Positions 36,435 through 50,862 of a DNA stretch of 64,000 bases are shown piece by piece. A program made the position numbers and the translations under genes. Below the pieces are notes generated by a model. The model worked only from the letters and a program-made list of their open reading frames with translations, made no database searches and was not told the DNA's origin. Source of the DNA: Squalus acanthias. Taxonomy: Eukaryota. The stretch is from positions 101,000,001 to 101,064,000 of the forward strand of contig CM059431.1 of assembly GCA_030390025.1 (NCBI GenBank), in the 5' to 3' direction. Position 1 is the first letter of the stretch. Every line of letters starts with the position of its first letter.

Positions 36435-39015
36435 AAACTTGGTTGAGGGATGATGACACCTTACCCTTAAATGAAGCCTCCCCGCCTGGCTATACCTTCC
36501 ACCACTTGTCCCGCTCAGACCGTCGTGGTGGCAGTGTGGCTCTCATCACCAAATCACACCTTGGTTTGTCCCCCTACTCCTCCGGCACTTTCTTCTCCTT
36601 TGAGCATCTCACCTTATTCCACCCCTCTCACCTCTCATTTAAAATTCTTGTTCTCCACCGCCCACCCAAGTACCATAAAAAATTTATTACCAAGATATCT
36701 TCACTGCTCTCCTCCCTCAGCCTCTGCACCGAACGACTTCTCATCCTCGGTAATTTCAACCTCCATCTCAATTCATCATGCTCTCTCTCCTCTGAGTTCA
36801 CTAGTCTCCTATCCTCCCCTAATCTCTCCCTCCATGTAACCTCCCCAACCCATATTCACGGCCACCCCCTCGATCTTGCCATCTCTCGTGGCCTCGTTAC
36901 TCCCATCGTGTCAATCGCAGATAAGGCCATCTCTGACCACTTCCTCGTATCGCTCTCCACCCATATCCCCGCACCCCCCCCCCCCCCACTATTAGAACAA
37001 TTACTCTCTCTCACCCTGGCCGTTCTCCCTGGTACGGCCCTCATCTTCACTCCCTTAAGTCCAAGGGACGCAGTCTTGAACGGATATGGCGGACAACTGG
37101 TTTAGCCATTCACCGCCAGATCTGGCTGGACCACATAAAGCATTATCGGATCCTGCTCTCGTCTGCCAAAATTGCTCACTATTCCAGAATCATTCTGGAA
37201 TACAAAAAGGTAAACCCCGGCTCCTATTCTCTACTGCTAACCGTCTTCTTAAACCCCTCTTCCCCTGTCTCCTCCAGCCTCACCTCTGACAACAAGTGTG
37301 AGGAGCTCATGGACTTCTTTGTCTCTAAGATTGAGACCATCCGTTCAGCTGCCTCTGCCACTTCCCTTCCTTCCCCTAGTCCACTGGACCAAACTTCCTC
37401 TAAGGTTCCCCCCTGCCCTAGCCCTGAACTCGCATCTTTCTCCAGTTTCTCTCCGATCTCCCCTCATGACCACTCCGCGCTCATCTTGTCCATGAGACCC
37501 ACTTCCTGCTCCCTCGAACCTATTCCCACCAAACTGCTGACCACCCAACTTCCTTTTCTGGCTCCCATGTTAGCTGACATTGTTAACGGTTCTCTCTCCT
37601 CAGGTATTGTCCCCCTCTCCCTCAAATCTACCATCATCAGCCCTCTCCTCAAAAAAACAAATCTTGACCCCTCCATCCTTGCAAACTACTGCCCCATCTC
37701 CAACCTCCCTTTCCTCTCCAGTCTTTGAACGTGTTGTCGCCTCCCAAATCCGTCATCTTTGTGACTGTGACAAAGGTAAACTATCCCTCCTCGTCCTTCT
37801 TGACTTGTCTGCAGCCTTTGACACGATTGACCACTCCATCCTTCTCCAACGCCTCTCCACCGTCGTCCAGCTGGGTGGGACTGCACTCGCCTGGTTCCAT
37901 TCTTATCTATCTAATCGTAGCCAGTGAATCACCTGCAACGGCTTCTCTTCCCGCTCCCGCATCGTTACCTCTGGTGTCCCCCAAGGATCTATCCTTGGCC
38001 CCTCCTATTTCTCATCTACATGCTGCCCCTTGGCGACATCATCCAAAAACACGTCAGTTTCCACATGTACACTGACGACACCCAGCTCTACCTCACTACA
38101 ATGTCTCTCAACCTCTCCACGGTGTCTAAATTGTCAGACTGCTTGTCCGACATCCAGTTCTGGATGAGCAGAAATTTTCTCCAATTAAATATTGGGAAGA
38201 CCGAAGCCATTGTTTTCGGTCTCCGCCACAAACTCCGGTCCCTAGCCACTGACTCCATCCCTCTCCCTAATGTCTGTCTGAGGCTGAACCACACTGTTCG
38301 CAACCTTGGTGTCATATTTGACCCTGAAATGAGCTTCCGGCCACATATCCGCAGCATAACTAAGACCTCCTACTTCCACCTCCGTAACATTGTCCGTCTC
38401 CACCCTTGCCTCAGCTCATCCGCTGCTGAAACCCTCATTCATGCCTTTGTTACCTCTAGACTTGACTATTCCAACGCACTCCTGGCTGGCCTCCCACATT
38501 CACGTAAACTTGAGGTGATCCAAAACTCGGCTGCCCGTGTCCTAACTCCACCAAGTCCCATTCACCCATCACCCCTGTGCTCGCTGACCTACATTGGCTC
38601 CTGGTTAAGCAACACCTCGATTTCAAAATTCTCATCCTTGTTTTCAAATCCCTCCATGGCATCGCCCCTCCCTGTCTCTGTAATCTCCTTCAACCCCCCC
38701 GAGATATCTGCGCTCCTCTAATTCTGCCCTCGAGCATCCCTGATTATAATCGCTCAACCATTGGTGGCCGTGCCTTCTGTTGCCTCGGCCCTAAGCTCTA
38801 GAATTCCCTGCCTAAACCTCTCCGCCTCGCTACCTCTCTTTCCTCCTTTAGGACGCTCCTTAACACCTACCTCTTTGACCAAGCTTTTGGTCACCTGCCT
38901 TAATTTCTTCTTATGTGGCTCGGTGTCAACATTTTTTGTCTTTGAATACTCCTGTGAAGCGCCTTGGGACGTTTTACTACGTTAAAGGCGCTATATAAAT
39001 ACAAGTTGTTGTTGT
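36435..39015 (+). mobile_element. Long L2 LINE copy (APE + RT, frameshifted) inserted in a CR1 fragment
   Basis: APE peptides (RRGGSVA, LGNFN, ISDH), RT peptides ([18 protein letters not shown]), L2 tail; CR1(-) on both flanks. Confidence 0.92.
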
Positions 39016-39311
39016 TTGAAAGTTACTATTGAATCTGCTTCCACCACCCTTTCAGGCTGGGCATTCCAGATCATAACAGCTTGCTGCGTAAAAAAAATTC
39101 TCCTCATGTCCCCTCTGGCTCTTTTGACAATTATCTTAAATCTGAATCCTAAGGTTACTGACCCGACTACCAGTGGAAACAGTTCTCCTTATTTACTCTA
39201 TCAAAACCCTTCATGATTTTGAACCTCTCTATTAAATCTCCCCTTAACCTTCTCTGCTCTAAGGAGAACAATCCCAGATTCTCTAGTCTCTCCACGTAAC
39301 TGAAGTCTCTC

Positions 39312-41460
39312 ATGGATTGGGGAACGTTACTTAAAGGGTTGACGGTGGATAGGCAATGGCAAACATTTAAAGATCACATGGATGAACTACAGAATTTGTT
39401 CATCCCTGTTTGGCATAAAAATAAAACAAAAAAGGTGACTCAACCGTGGCTAACAAGGGAAATTAGGGATAGCATAAGATCCAAGGAGAGGACATATAAA
39501 TTGGCCAGAAAAAGCAGCAAACCTGAGGATTGGGAGCAGTTTAGGATTCAGCAAAGGAAAACAAAGGGATTAATTAAGAGGGGGAAAATAGAATATGAGA
39601 GTAAGCTTGCAGGGAACATAAAAACTGACTGTAAAAGCTTCTATAGATATGTGAAGAGAAAAAGATTGGTGAAGTCAAGCGTGGGTCCCTTGCAGTCAGA
39701 ATCAGGGGAATTTATAATGGGGAACAAAGAAATGGCAGACCAATTACATACTTTGGTTCTGTCTTCACAAAGGAGGACACAAATAACCTCCCAGAGATGA
39801 CGGGAAACATAGGGTCTAATGAGAGGGAGGAATTGAATGAAATCAGTATTTGTAGGGAAATGGTGTTAGGGAAATTGACGGGATTGAAGGCTGATAAATC
39901 CCCAGGGCCTGATAATCTACATCCTAGGGTACTTAAGGAAGTGGCCCTAGAAATAATAGATGCATTGCTGGTCATCTTTCAAAATTCAATAGACTCTGGA
40001 ACAGTTCCCATGGATTGGAGGGTAGCTAATGTAACCCCACTATTTAAAAAAGGTGGTAGAGAAAAAACGGGGAATTATAGACCGGTAAGCCTGACATCGG
40101 TAGTGGACAAAATGCTAGAGTCCATTATAAAAGATGTAATAGCAGAGCACTTTGAAAACAGTGACAGGATCGGACAAAGTCAACATGGATTTACAAAAGG
40201 TAAATCATGCCTGACTAATCTACTGGAATTTTTTGAGGATGTAACTGGTAGGATAGATAAGGGAGAACCAGTGGATGTGGTGTATTTGGACTTTCAGAAG
40301 GCTTTCGATAAGGTCCCGCATAAGAGATTAGCGTGCAAAGTTAAAGCACATGGGATTGGGGGTAAGGTACTGATTTGGATAGAGAACTGGTTGGCAGACA
40401 GGAAGCAAAGAGTTGGAATAAACGGGTCTTTTTCCGAGTGGCAGGCAGTGACTAGTGGGGTACCGCAGGGATCGGTGCTAGGACCCCAGCTATTCACAAT
40501 ATATATTAATGATCTAGATGAGGGAACTAGATGTAATATCTCTAAGTTTGCAGACGAAACAAAGCTAGGTGGGCGTGTGTGCTGTGAGGAGGATGCAGAG
40601 AAACTCCAGTATGATTTGGACAGGTTGGGTGATTGGGCAGATGCATGGCAGATGCAGTATAATGGGGATAAATGCGAGGTTATCCACTTTGGTGGCAAAA
40701 ACAGGAAGATAGATTATTATCTGAACGGCAATAGATTGGGAAAAGGGGAAGTGCAACGAGATCTGGGAGTCCTTGTGCACCAGTCGCTGAAGGTAAGCAG
40801 GCAGGTGCAGCAGGCGGTTAAGAAGGCAAATAGTATGTTGGCCTTCATAGCGAGAGGATTCGAGTACAGGAGCAAGGATGTCTTACTGCAGTTGTACAAG
40901 GCCTTGGTGAGACCACACCTTGAGTACTGTGTGCAGTTTTGGTCGCCTTATCTGAGGAAGGATGTTCTTGCCATGGAGGGAGTGCAGCGAAGATTTACCA
41001 GACTGATACCTGGGTTGGCAGGAATGACGTATGAAGAGAGATTGGGTCGATTAGGCTTATATTCGCTAGAGTTTCGAAGAATGAGAGGGGATCTCATTGA
41101 AACTTATAAAATTCTAACAGGACTAGACAGACTAGGAAGGATGTTCCCGATGGTGAGGGAGTCCAGAACCAGAGGTCACAGTCTAAGGATAAGGGGTAAG
41201 CCATTTAGGACTGAGATGAGGAGGAATTTCTTCACCCAGAGAGTGGTGAACCTGTGGAATTCTCTACCACAGAAGGCAGTTGAGGCCAATTCATTAAATA
41301 TATTCAAGAAGGAGATAGATATATTTCTTAAGGCTAAAGGGATCAAGGGATATGGGGAGAAAGCAGGGACAGGGTACTGAATTTGGATGATCAGCCATGA
41401 TCTCATTAAATGGCGGAGCAGGCTCGAGGGGCCGAATGGCCTACTCCTGCTCCTATCTTC
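39312..41460 (+). mobile_element. 5'-truncated CR1 LINE with defective RT
   Basis: 527-aa RT ORF 39797-41380 reads FADE in place of FADD; frameshift at ~39750; CR1 tail. Confidence 0.93.
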
Positions 41461-42624
41461 TATACTCTGCCTTCCCTACCGTACTCCTGCACATTCTTAC
41501 TCACACCAACTTACCTTGCACCTCCACCAATCCCTCTCTATCTACATTATCACTTCCCTCACACTTACCCTCATCCTAGTCCAATCATACCAACTAACAA
41601 CACACTTGTAGATACTTGGGTGTTTTAGCCAATGTTCATGTGAAATTTTTGTTAATGTGCTGTCAAACATTGAAATATTTATTTTCAACACTTTGCTTTC
41701 TTGGACAGATTTCCGTGCACCTTTGGAAGAGGCTTAGTGAGTTGCAGTGAATGGTGAGACATAACGGTACCCCCCGCAATGCTGATGAGTGTGAAAGGAA
41801 TGGCTTGAGCATTGTAGGGATGCTTTATGTTGTTGGTATGGGGTGGTGCCAACCTGGTGCATCATGTGGCAGCCAGGGTGTGCAGTGTCAAGTGAAGTAA
41901 ATGTGGCCATGGTGAGGCCATCCCTGGCGTCCCGGGCAGCAATGTGGTTGGGTGCTGACGCCCTCTGTCCTGTGCAGCATCAGGTGATTGAGGAGAAGGT
42001 TGGTGTTGTTGTTGTTGGTGCTGCTGGTGTGCCTGGTGATGCTGGTGTTGGGGCTGATCGTGGTCAGATTCTAAGGACCAAGGTGAGAGAGTGTAAAGTG
42101 CACCCATGCTGATGGAATAGATGGCAGGTGAAGTAGAGATGACAGAAGCGATCTGCCAATGGTGGGAGAGGTAATGAGGTAAGGAGACTTGTGTAAAGAC
42201 TTGCAGCAACCTGAATATGTAGTAGAAATGCAGTTTAGAGATGCTACTGTTTAAGGGAAGATATCTGAATCAGCTGGGAGCTTTGAAGCTGTCAACTCAT
42301 CAGCTGATTCAATGGCCACTGACCTCCCGCCTCAGCTTCACTGACGAGGTCTAGGCACAGCGGGAAACCCTTGGGAGACCTGTGAAAGTTAAAAAGCTGG
42401 GGGGAAAAAAAGCATTGTTCAGTGGCTGTAAACAAGCCACTAATGACTTGAATTGCGTCCCCCGCTGCTGCCTGTCGGGTCTGCTCAGCGTTGGCAGACC
42501 CGACATCAGGAAATGCAGGTGTGCGCATTTTGACAGGGGGTTCCCGACCCGCTGTCAATCATTTTAAATTTCACAGCTGACCCACCACCCATCCCGTCCG
42601 CTGCGCGCTGGCAAAATCGTGGCC
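41461..42624 (-). mobile_element. PIF/Harbinger-type relic, truncated at the adjacent CR1
   Basis: Terminus ...gcaaaatcgtggcc|aat resembles the other GGCC-ended elements; Q/H-rich ORF relic. Confidence 0.55.
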
Positions 42625-42784
42625 AATGTGGTTGTATCTCACTCTACATAGAAATAAAACTATCAAATGAATAATAATTTGGGGGAATAATCGTAACAAA
42701 ACTTAAACATCTATTATGCAGACAATTCCAGGAAGGAATCTTAATGACATAATTTAACCTCACACCGGGAAGATTAATTGTGAC

Positions 42785-42929
42785 CAACGTTCCCGCTAGG
42801 CTGTGCGGCCGCACAGTGGTCTGGAGGTACCGCGCAGGCTACGCACTGGCTTTTAAATAGCAGAAACCGCACACGCGCGGAAATTTGAATGGGCTGCACA
42901 GCCACTTAAAAAAATTAGAGAGAACATTG
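42785..42929. mobile_element. hAT-type MITE (145 bp)
   Basis: TIRs CAACGTTCCCGCTA / TAGAGAGAACATTG; 8-bp TSD attgtgac / attatgac. Confidence 0.8.
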
Positions 42930-43109
42930 ATTATGACTGTTGTGAATTGTCTTTTAATTTATGCATTTACGTTTCCTGATATTCAGCCTGATATTATCTG
43001 GCCTTTTGCTCAATTTGAACTAATAAAACCAAATCAATCATTCATAATTCTCTGTCAGTTATGGATTTTAAAAAATAACTTTACAGTTAAAATGAATCCC
43101 ATTAGTATT

Positions 43110-43640
43110 CAGTTACGTGGATAGACTGGAGAAGCTGGGGTTGTTTTCCTTAGAGCAGAGAAGGTTGAGAGGAGATTTGATAGAGGTGTTCAAAATCATG
43201 AGGGGTCTGGACAGAGTAGATAGAGAGAAACTGTTCCCATTGGCAGAAGGGTCGAGAACCAGAGGACACAGATTTAAGGTGATTGGCAGAAGAACCAAAG
43301 GCGACATGAAGAAAATCTATTTTAACGCAGCGAGTGGTTAGGATCTGGAATGCACGGCCTGAAAGGGTGGTGGAAGCAGATTCAATGGTGGCTTTCAAAA
43401 CAACAACAACTTATATTTACATAGCGCCTTTAACATAGTAAAATGTCCCAAGGCACTTCACAGGAGTTATAAAAGACAAAAAAATGGAATTAGATAGGTA
43501 CCTGAAGGAAAAAAAATTGCAGGGCTACGGGGGAAACAGCGGGGGAGTGGGACTAGCTGAAGTGCTCTTGCAGAGAAGCGGCACGGGGCTTGACGAGTCG
43601 AACGGCCTCCTTCTGTGCTGTAACCAGTCTATGATTCTAT
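43110..43640 (+). mobile_element. CR1 3' fragment containing an ~85-bp L2 tail insertion (-, ~43400-43483)
   Basis: LEKLGLFSLEQRRLRGDL peptide; the inserted caacaacaac...gcgcc is an L2 tail. Confidence 0.85.
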
Positions 43641-44294
43641 ATTCACCCTTTTTTTCAGCTAATTCTGTTCCGTAACAATAATGCTAGTCAGTCGGCAATT
43701 TGGACAGTTCTGCTACTGCAACTTACTGACTAACCTGTGGCATTTAGCAGAATACATGCAGGTTTCCCCAGAGTAACAAGAGAAAGCAGCGAAACAGAAG
43801 TGATTATTGTTTTTTTTCAACGAAACGAGCATCAAACATATGAGACTATTTCTGAGATCACGGTGCAAACAAACTCAGCATATTGGGCTTTGAGCACTAA
43901 ATCAAACACTGACATCAAACCAAGAGATGTCAGAAGTCCGTAACGCACAGCTCCCCTGACGGATCAGCGAGTTTTATCCAGTGAGGACAGGGTCGAGCTT
44001 GAATGCGACGCTCACCAGGATGCACGGCCTGCCGGCAAGGCTCACACATGTTCACTTGGAGAGTCATCAATGTCCCGTGAAACCATACCCCAAGCAAAGA
44101 GAAGGATAAAAAAATATTGGGAGAAAGCTTGAGAGAAAAATTTAGTAGCATGAGAAATATAGCAATAACCTGAGAGATATGGGGAATTTTGATTTCTCAA
44201 AAAGGAATTGGATAAATACTTGAGGGGGGGGGGGGGGGGGGTGGTGGAAACCTGCAGGTCAATGGGGAAAAAGCAGGGGGAATGGGACTAATTG

Positions 44295-44815
44295 GAGTGT
44301 GATGGAATACTCTCCACTTCCCTGGATGAGTGCAGCTCCAACAACACTCAAGAAGCTCGACACCATCCAGGACAAAACAGCCTGCTTGATTGGCACCCCA
44401 TCCACCACCTTAAACATTCACTCCCTCCACCACCGGCGCACCGTGGCTGCAGTGTGTACCATCTACAAGATGCACTGCAGCAACTTGCCAAGGCTTCTTC
44501 GACAGCACCTCCCAAACCCGCGACCTCTTCCACCTAGAAGGACAAGGGCAGCAAGCGCATGGGAACACCACCACCTCCAATTTCCCCTCCAAGTCACACA
44601 CCATCCTGACTTAGAAGTATATCGCCGATCCTTCATTGTCGCTGGGTCAAAATTCTGAAACTCCCTCCCTAACAGCACTGTGGGAGCACCTTCAGCACAC
44701 GGACTGCAGCGGTTCAAGAAGGTGGCTCACCACCACCTTCTCAAAGGCAATTCGGGATGGGCAATAAATGCTGGCCTTGCCAGCGATGCCCACATCCCAT
44801 AAACGGATTTTTTTT
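44295..44815 (+). mobile_element. Second CR1-group LINE family, 3' fragment
   Basis: MEYSPLPWMSAAPTTLKKLDTIQDK peptide. Confidence 0.8.
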
Positions 44816-45011
44816 AAAATTGGATACCTCTTTCAAAGAGCCGGAACAGGCACGAAGAGCCGAATGGCCTCCTTCCGTTCTGTATGATGCTATGACAAAA
44901 CCACAGGACTTTTACAAGCAGCTTTAGCGATGTTAATAGAAACTTGCACTAACTGGCAGATAAAATGTAAGGAATACATTTTATAATGTTCAATTTCAAT
45001 AGTTTACTCAC

Positions 45012-45092
45012 AAATACATTCCTCTGTCAGCTGTTCTGAAGCAGGTGTTGCTGTGCTGTGGAGAAAACCATCTTGTTATGTTCCTGGAAATC
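45012..45092 (-). CDS. Candidate exon 2 of the minus-strand gene (ISRNITRWFSPQHSNTCFRTADRGMY)
   Basis: Acceptor taaccttccctacag|, donor |gtgagt. 81 nt, open only in the phase that continues exon 1. Confidence 0.55.
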
Positions 45093-45547
45093 CTGTAGGG
45101 AAGGTTACAACATTAACTCCAGCTTTTGGATCATGTTTAGCAGCCACCATCTTGAATTAAGGCAATCAAATGGGAGTAAAGCAATCTTACTAATATTTAC
45201 ATTTTTATAATAACGTAAGAACTGTCAGGAAAAGGACAAGATTAGGCCAAATCGAATCCATCCCTTTCTCGCAGATCAACTCCACACCTACCCAAACATA
45301 TTAAACTCAGGAAAAACATCCTGATTTAGTTTTGTTCTTTTTTTTGGGGGGGTGGGGGGGCTGGCGAGCGAGTCCCAAAATTAAAAAAGGTGGAATTGCG
45401 AGGAGTTCTTATCAGTTCATCACATGCACATCAATTTTCGAGTTAAACATTTATTTTGCCACTAAATCTTGGCTTTGTAATCCACAGTAGATATCAAACA
45501 ATCTTAACCGTTTATCTTTAGAAATCAAGATATCAGCGATCTTAATT

Positions 45548-45975
45548 GGCCGTGGCTCAGGTGGTAGCATCCTCGCCTCTGAGCCAGAAGGTCATGAGAC
45601 TTGAGCAGAAAATATAGGCTGTCACTCCCAGTGCGGTATTGAGGGAGTGCTGCACTGTCAGAGGTGCCGTCTTTCGGATGCAACGTTAAACCGAGGCCCC
45701 GTCTGCTCTCTCAGGTGGACGTAGAAGATTCCATGGCACTATTTCGAAGAAGAGCAGGGGAGTTCTCCCCGGTGTCCTGGACCAATATTTATCCTTCAAC
45801 CAACATTAAAACTGATTATCTGGTCATTATCACATTGCTGTGCGCAAATTGGCTGCCGTATTTCCTACAACAGTGACTACACTTCAAAAGTACTTCATTG
45901 GTTGTAAAGCGCTTTGGGACGTCTGATGGTCATGGAAGGTGCAAGATAAATGCAAGTCTTTCTTTTCTTTCTTTA
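45548..45975 (+). mobile_element. DeuSINE
   Basis: Head, core and tail present. Confidence 0.85.
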
Positions 45976-46167
45976 ATCTTTTGTCTGAGATGCTGCATTT
46001 ATTGAAAATATGCCAAACATGTAATATAATTCACATGGTTAGAGGAATAGGTATAGTGTGGGTTGTAAAAGGTTTGTTGAAGTAAATGGGGTAAATTTTC
46101 ACCCGGGGGGGGGGGCGGGGGGGAGGTGGGGAGGAGTAAATTTTTATTTGGCTCAGTGGGTAGCATA

Positions 46168-46199
<32 letters not shown>

Positions 46200-46854
46200 G
46201 TCCTACTCCAGAGACTTGAGCACAAATATCTAGGCCGGCACTCCCAGTGCAGTACTGAGGGAGCGTTGCACTGTCGGAGGTGCTGTCCTTCGGGTGATAC
46301 AGTGCAAGTAAACTGCTTTTCGGGGGAGTGGGACTAACTGGATTGCTCTTCGAAAGAGCTGGTGCAGACTCGATGGGCCGAATGGCCTCCTTCTGTGCTG
46401 TTCTATTCTATGATTCTAAGAAATTTTAAATAAAATTACCATTCTTTGTAAGGCATTTATAATAATCAGAAGTAGAGAGATATTTGTGAGTTTTAATTTT
46501 CTTCAAAGCATTTTTTTCTTGCCAATTTTCGCCCTCCTGTCCTGAACATAAGAATTAGGAGCAGGAGTCGGCCATACGGCCCCTCGAGCCTGCTCCGCCA
46601 TTCAATAAGATCATGGCTGATCTTCTGCCTCAACTCCACTTTCCTGCCCGATTCCCATATCCCTCGATTCCCCTGAAGGCAGTGATTACTTGCTGGAGTG
46701 TGTCCTGATGGTACCACGCACATGTGGCTAATCTTCACATCTAAGGCTTCTTAGTGACTGTTGACAGCTGAGCCCCAACCAATCCTCAACTGACGTTCCC
46801 AATAGGAATTACTGGAAAGTGATCAGGAACGGGAATCCTGATTTCTCCTTCCTA

Positions 46855-47350
46855 ATCATACTGCACAGGAGGCCATTCGGCTTATCGTGCCTGTGCTGGC
46901 TCTTTGAAAGAGCTCTCCAATTAGTCCCACTCCCCTGCTCTTTCCCCACAGCCCTGAATATTTAGCCCCTTCAAATATTTATCCAATTCCCCTTTGAAAG
47001 TTACTACTGAATCTGCTTCCACCGCCCTTTCAGGAAGTGCATTCCAGGTCATCATAACTCGCTATAAAATGTTTTGTTCCTTATCTCCCCTCTGGTTCTT
47101 TTGCCAATTAGCTTAAATCTGTGTCCTCTGGTTACCGGCCCTCCTGCCAGTGGAAAGTTTCTCCTTATTTATTCTATCAAAACTCTTCATAATTTTGAAC
47201 ACCTCTATTGAATCGCCCCTTAACCTTCTCTGCTTGAAACCGAACAACCCCAGCCTCTCCACGTAACTGAAGTTCCTCATCCCTGGTATCATTCTAGTAA
47301 ATCTCCTCTGCACCCTCTCCAAGGTCTTGACATCCTTCCTAAAGCATGGT
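46855..47350 (-). mobile_element. CR1 3' fragment
   Basis: ERVQRRFTRMIPG peptide; CR1 tail. Confidence 0.85.
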
Positions 47351-48021
47351 GCCTAATGCAGGACCTCTTGAGACCAACAGTAGTGTTTCAATCAGATAAA
47401 GAAACTTAGCAAAGACAGATAATTGAACTTGGGACCATCCTGGTCCAGGACAAAATATATTATCTACTCTGCATAAACAGAAGACAAAACGGATGATGAA
47501 GGCGAGAGAGAGAGAGAGAGACAAAAGATAAATATCAAAAATGATGATGGAAATACATTTTTCAGGGCTATGGGGAAAAAGCAGGGTGCTGAGACTAATT
47601 GGAGAGCTCTTTCAAAGAGCCGGCACAGGCACGATGGGCCGAATGGCTGTATGATTCTATGAAAATGGGAAAGACGAACAAAAACACATGAATAAGTACA
47701 GAATACAGAAAAGAAAATTTATAGAACAAGAAAGTGTTTTGAATGCCAGTATCATTTAAAATAATCAAAACTGAAGAGAGAATTCAAAAAATATATTTCC
47801 AACTAGAGGCATAATACATTGATGACAGCAATGGACGCTTAGAGAGATTACAAAGCTGGAATTGCATTCAGGAATTCTGACAATGATCACAAAACTCAAA
47901 AATAACAGCCTAAAATCACTAACATGGAACTGTTCCTATATTTATTTATACTGTGAAGTTTCTACGCAGTTTTATTGAACTTTGGATCTGTTCTTTTGCA
48001 GTAGTAGATATAATGGCAGAT

Positions 48022-50708
48022 ATCCTGTTAATTAATGATGGTATTAGCACAATAGAGAGGGATGACCTAAGTTCAGGAAACCAGGATGTAGAAGCGGTTT
48101 GGGTAGAAATGAGAAATAATAAAGGCAAGAAGTCACTTGTGGGAGTGGTGTACAGGCCCCCTAACAGTAACCACATGGTAGGATGGAGTATAAAGGAAGA
48201 AATAATGGGAGCTTGTCAGAAGGGTACGGCAATAATCATGGGGGATTTTAAGCTGCATATAGACTGGAAAAATCAGATGGGCAAAGGTCGCATAGCTGAG
48301 GATGTTCATGGAATGTTTTCGGGATAGTTTCTTACAACAGCACGTTCTGGAGCCAACCAGAGAGCAGGCTATACTAGACCTGGTATTGTGCAACGAGATA
48401 GGATTAATTAATGACCTCATAGTGAAGGTGCCCCTAGGTAGCAGCGATCATAATATGATTGAATTTTACATTCAGTTTGAGAGAGAGAAGAGTGGGTCCA
48501 AGACTAGTATTTTAAACTTAAATAAGGGCAATTATGAGGGCATGAAAGCAGAGCTCGCTAAAGTGAACTGGCAAATTAGGTTAAGGGATAGGTCAATAGT
48601 GTTGCAGTGGTAGGCATTTAAGGGGATATTTCAAAATACACAGAATATATACATTCCAACAAGAAAGAAAAATTCCAAGGGGAGGACCCACCATCTGTGG
48701 TTAACTAAAAAAGTTAAAGATAGTATTAAACTTAAAGAAAAAGCATATAATTGCGCAAAGATGGGTGGCAGGTCAGAAGATTGGACAGAATATAAAAAAC
48801 AGCAAAGAATGACTAAAAGATTAATAAGGAGAGAAAAATTAGAGTACAAGAGAAAGCTAGCTAGAAATATAAAAACAGATAGTAAGAGTTGCTATAGATA
48901 TTTAAAAAAGAAAAGAGTTAACAAAGTGGGCGTTGGTCCTATAAAAAGTGAGTCTGGGGAATTAATAATGGAAAATAAGGAGATGGCAGTTGAATTGAAC
49001 AGGTATTTTGCATCGGTCTTCACTATAGAGGATACAAGTAACATCCCAGAAATAGCTGTAAATCAGGAAATGGAAGGGAGGGAGGAACTCAAGAAAATTA
49101 CAATCACCAGGGAAGTGGTACAGAGCAAATTGTTGGAGCTGCGGGCTGACAAGTCCTTGGTCCTGATGGACTTCATCCTAGGGTCTTAAAAGTGGCTAGT
49201 GAGATAGTTGATGCGTTGGTTTTAATTTTCCAAAATTCCCTAGATTCGGGGAAGGTTCCATTAGATTGGAAAATAGCGAATGTAACTCCTTTATTCAAAA
49301 AGGGAGGGAGACAGAAAGCAGGAAACTACAGGCCAGTTAGCTTAACATCTGTCATAGGGAAGATGTTAGAAGCTATTATTAAAGACGTTATAGCAGGGCA
49401 TTTAGAAAAGTTTAAAGTAATCAGGCAGAGTCAACATGGTTTTGTGCAAGGGAAATCATGTTTAACCAATTTATTGGAGTTCTTTGAGGAAGTAACATGT
49501 GCTGTGGATAAAGGGGAACCGGTGGATGTACTGTACTTAGATTTCCAGAAGGCATTTGATAAGCTGCCACATCAAAGGTTATTGCGGAAAATAAAAGCTC
49601 ATGGTGTAGGGGGTAACATATTGGCATGGATAGAAGATTGGCTAGCTAACAGAAAACAGAGAGTAGGCATAAATGGGTCATTTTCTGATTGGCAAGATGT
49701 AACGAGTGGTGTGCCACAGGGATCAGTGCTGGGGCCTCAACTTTTTACAATTTATATAAATGACTTGGATGAAGGGACCGAAGGTATGGTTGCTAAATTT
49801 GCTGATGACACAAAGATAGGTAGGAAAGTAAATTGTGAAGAGGACATAAGGAGGCTACAAAGGGATATAGATAGGTTAAGTGAGTGGGCAAAGAACTGGC
49901 AAATGGAGTATAATGTGGGAAAATGTGAAGTTGTCCATTTTGGCAGGAAGAATAAAAAAGAAGCATATTATCTTAATGGTGAGAGATTGCAGAGCTCTGA
50001 GCTGCAGTGTGCTAGTGCATGAATCGCAAAAGATTACTATGCAGGTACAGCAAGTAATTAGGAAAGCTAATAGAATGTTATCATTTATTGCAAGGGGAAT
50101 TGAATACAAAAGTAGGGAGGTTATGCTTCAGTTATACAGGGCATTGGTGAGACCACATCTGGAGTACTGTGTACAGTATTGGTCTCCTTATTTAAGGAAG
50201 GATGTAAATGTGTTGGAAGCAGTTCAGAGGTTTACTAGACTAATACCTGGAATGGGATGGTTGTCTTATGAGGAAAGGTTGGACAGGCTAGGCTTGTATC
50301 TGCTGGAGTTTAGAAGAGTAAGAGGTGACTTGATTGAAACATATAAGATCCTGAGGGGTCTGGACAGGGTGGATGTGAAGAGGATGTTTCCTCTTGTGGG
50401 AGAATCTAGAACAAGGGGTCACTGTTTAAAAATAAGGGGTCGCCCATTTAAGACAGAGATGAGGAGAAATTTTTTCTCACAGAGGGTCATGAGTCTTTGC
50501 AACTCTCTTCCTCAGAGGGCGGTGGAAGCAGAGTCTTTGAATATTTTTAAGGCAGAGGTAGATAGATTCTTGTTAAGCAAGGGGGTGAAAAGTTATCGGG
50601 GGTAGGCGGGAATGTGGAGTAATCAGATCAGCCATGATCTTATTGAATGGCGGAGCAGGCTCGAAGGGCCGAGTGGCCTACTCCTGCTCCTAATTCGTAT
50701 GTTCGTAT
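48022..50708 (+). mobile_element. 5'-truncated CR1 LINE with frameshifted ORF2
   Basis: APE-to-RT peptides split over several ORFs; tail ending ttcgtatgttcgta. Confidence 0.93.
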
Positions 50709-50862
50709 ATTTACTCACAACCCCTCTGAATGATTATCAATTATCATATGAGTAATGTATATTTATGGGGTGATAATCTATAATTGATTATTGAGAAGGC
50801 CAATCAGTATACATTATTTGAATAATATACACCCTGACCAAACAGCTACCTTTATTTAATTC

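Noticed and set aside
36384..39063. ~45-bp apparent TSD around the long L2
   Set aside because: The two copies differ at several positions and lie in a high-copy CR1 tail, so independent fragments cannot be excluded.
43728..43735. Possible 8-nt micro-exon (cag|GTTAGTCA|gtaagt, minus strand)
   Set aside because: Splice motifs are present, but I could not build a credible reading frame with it; it cannot be supported without RNA data.
43930..44072. Minus-strand C/D snoRNA candidate (TTGATGA...CTGA)
   Set aside because: Overlaps a diverged copy of the old SINE-like family also seen at 35.7 kb and 52.8 kb.
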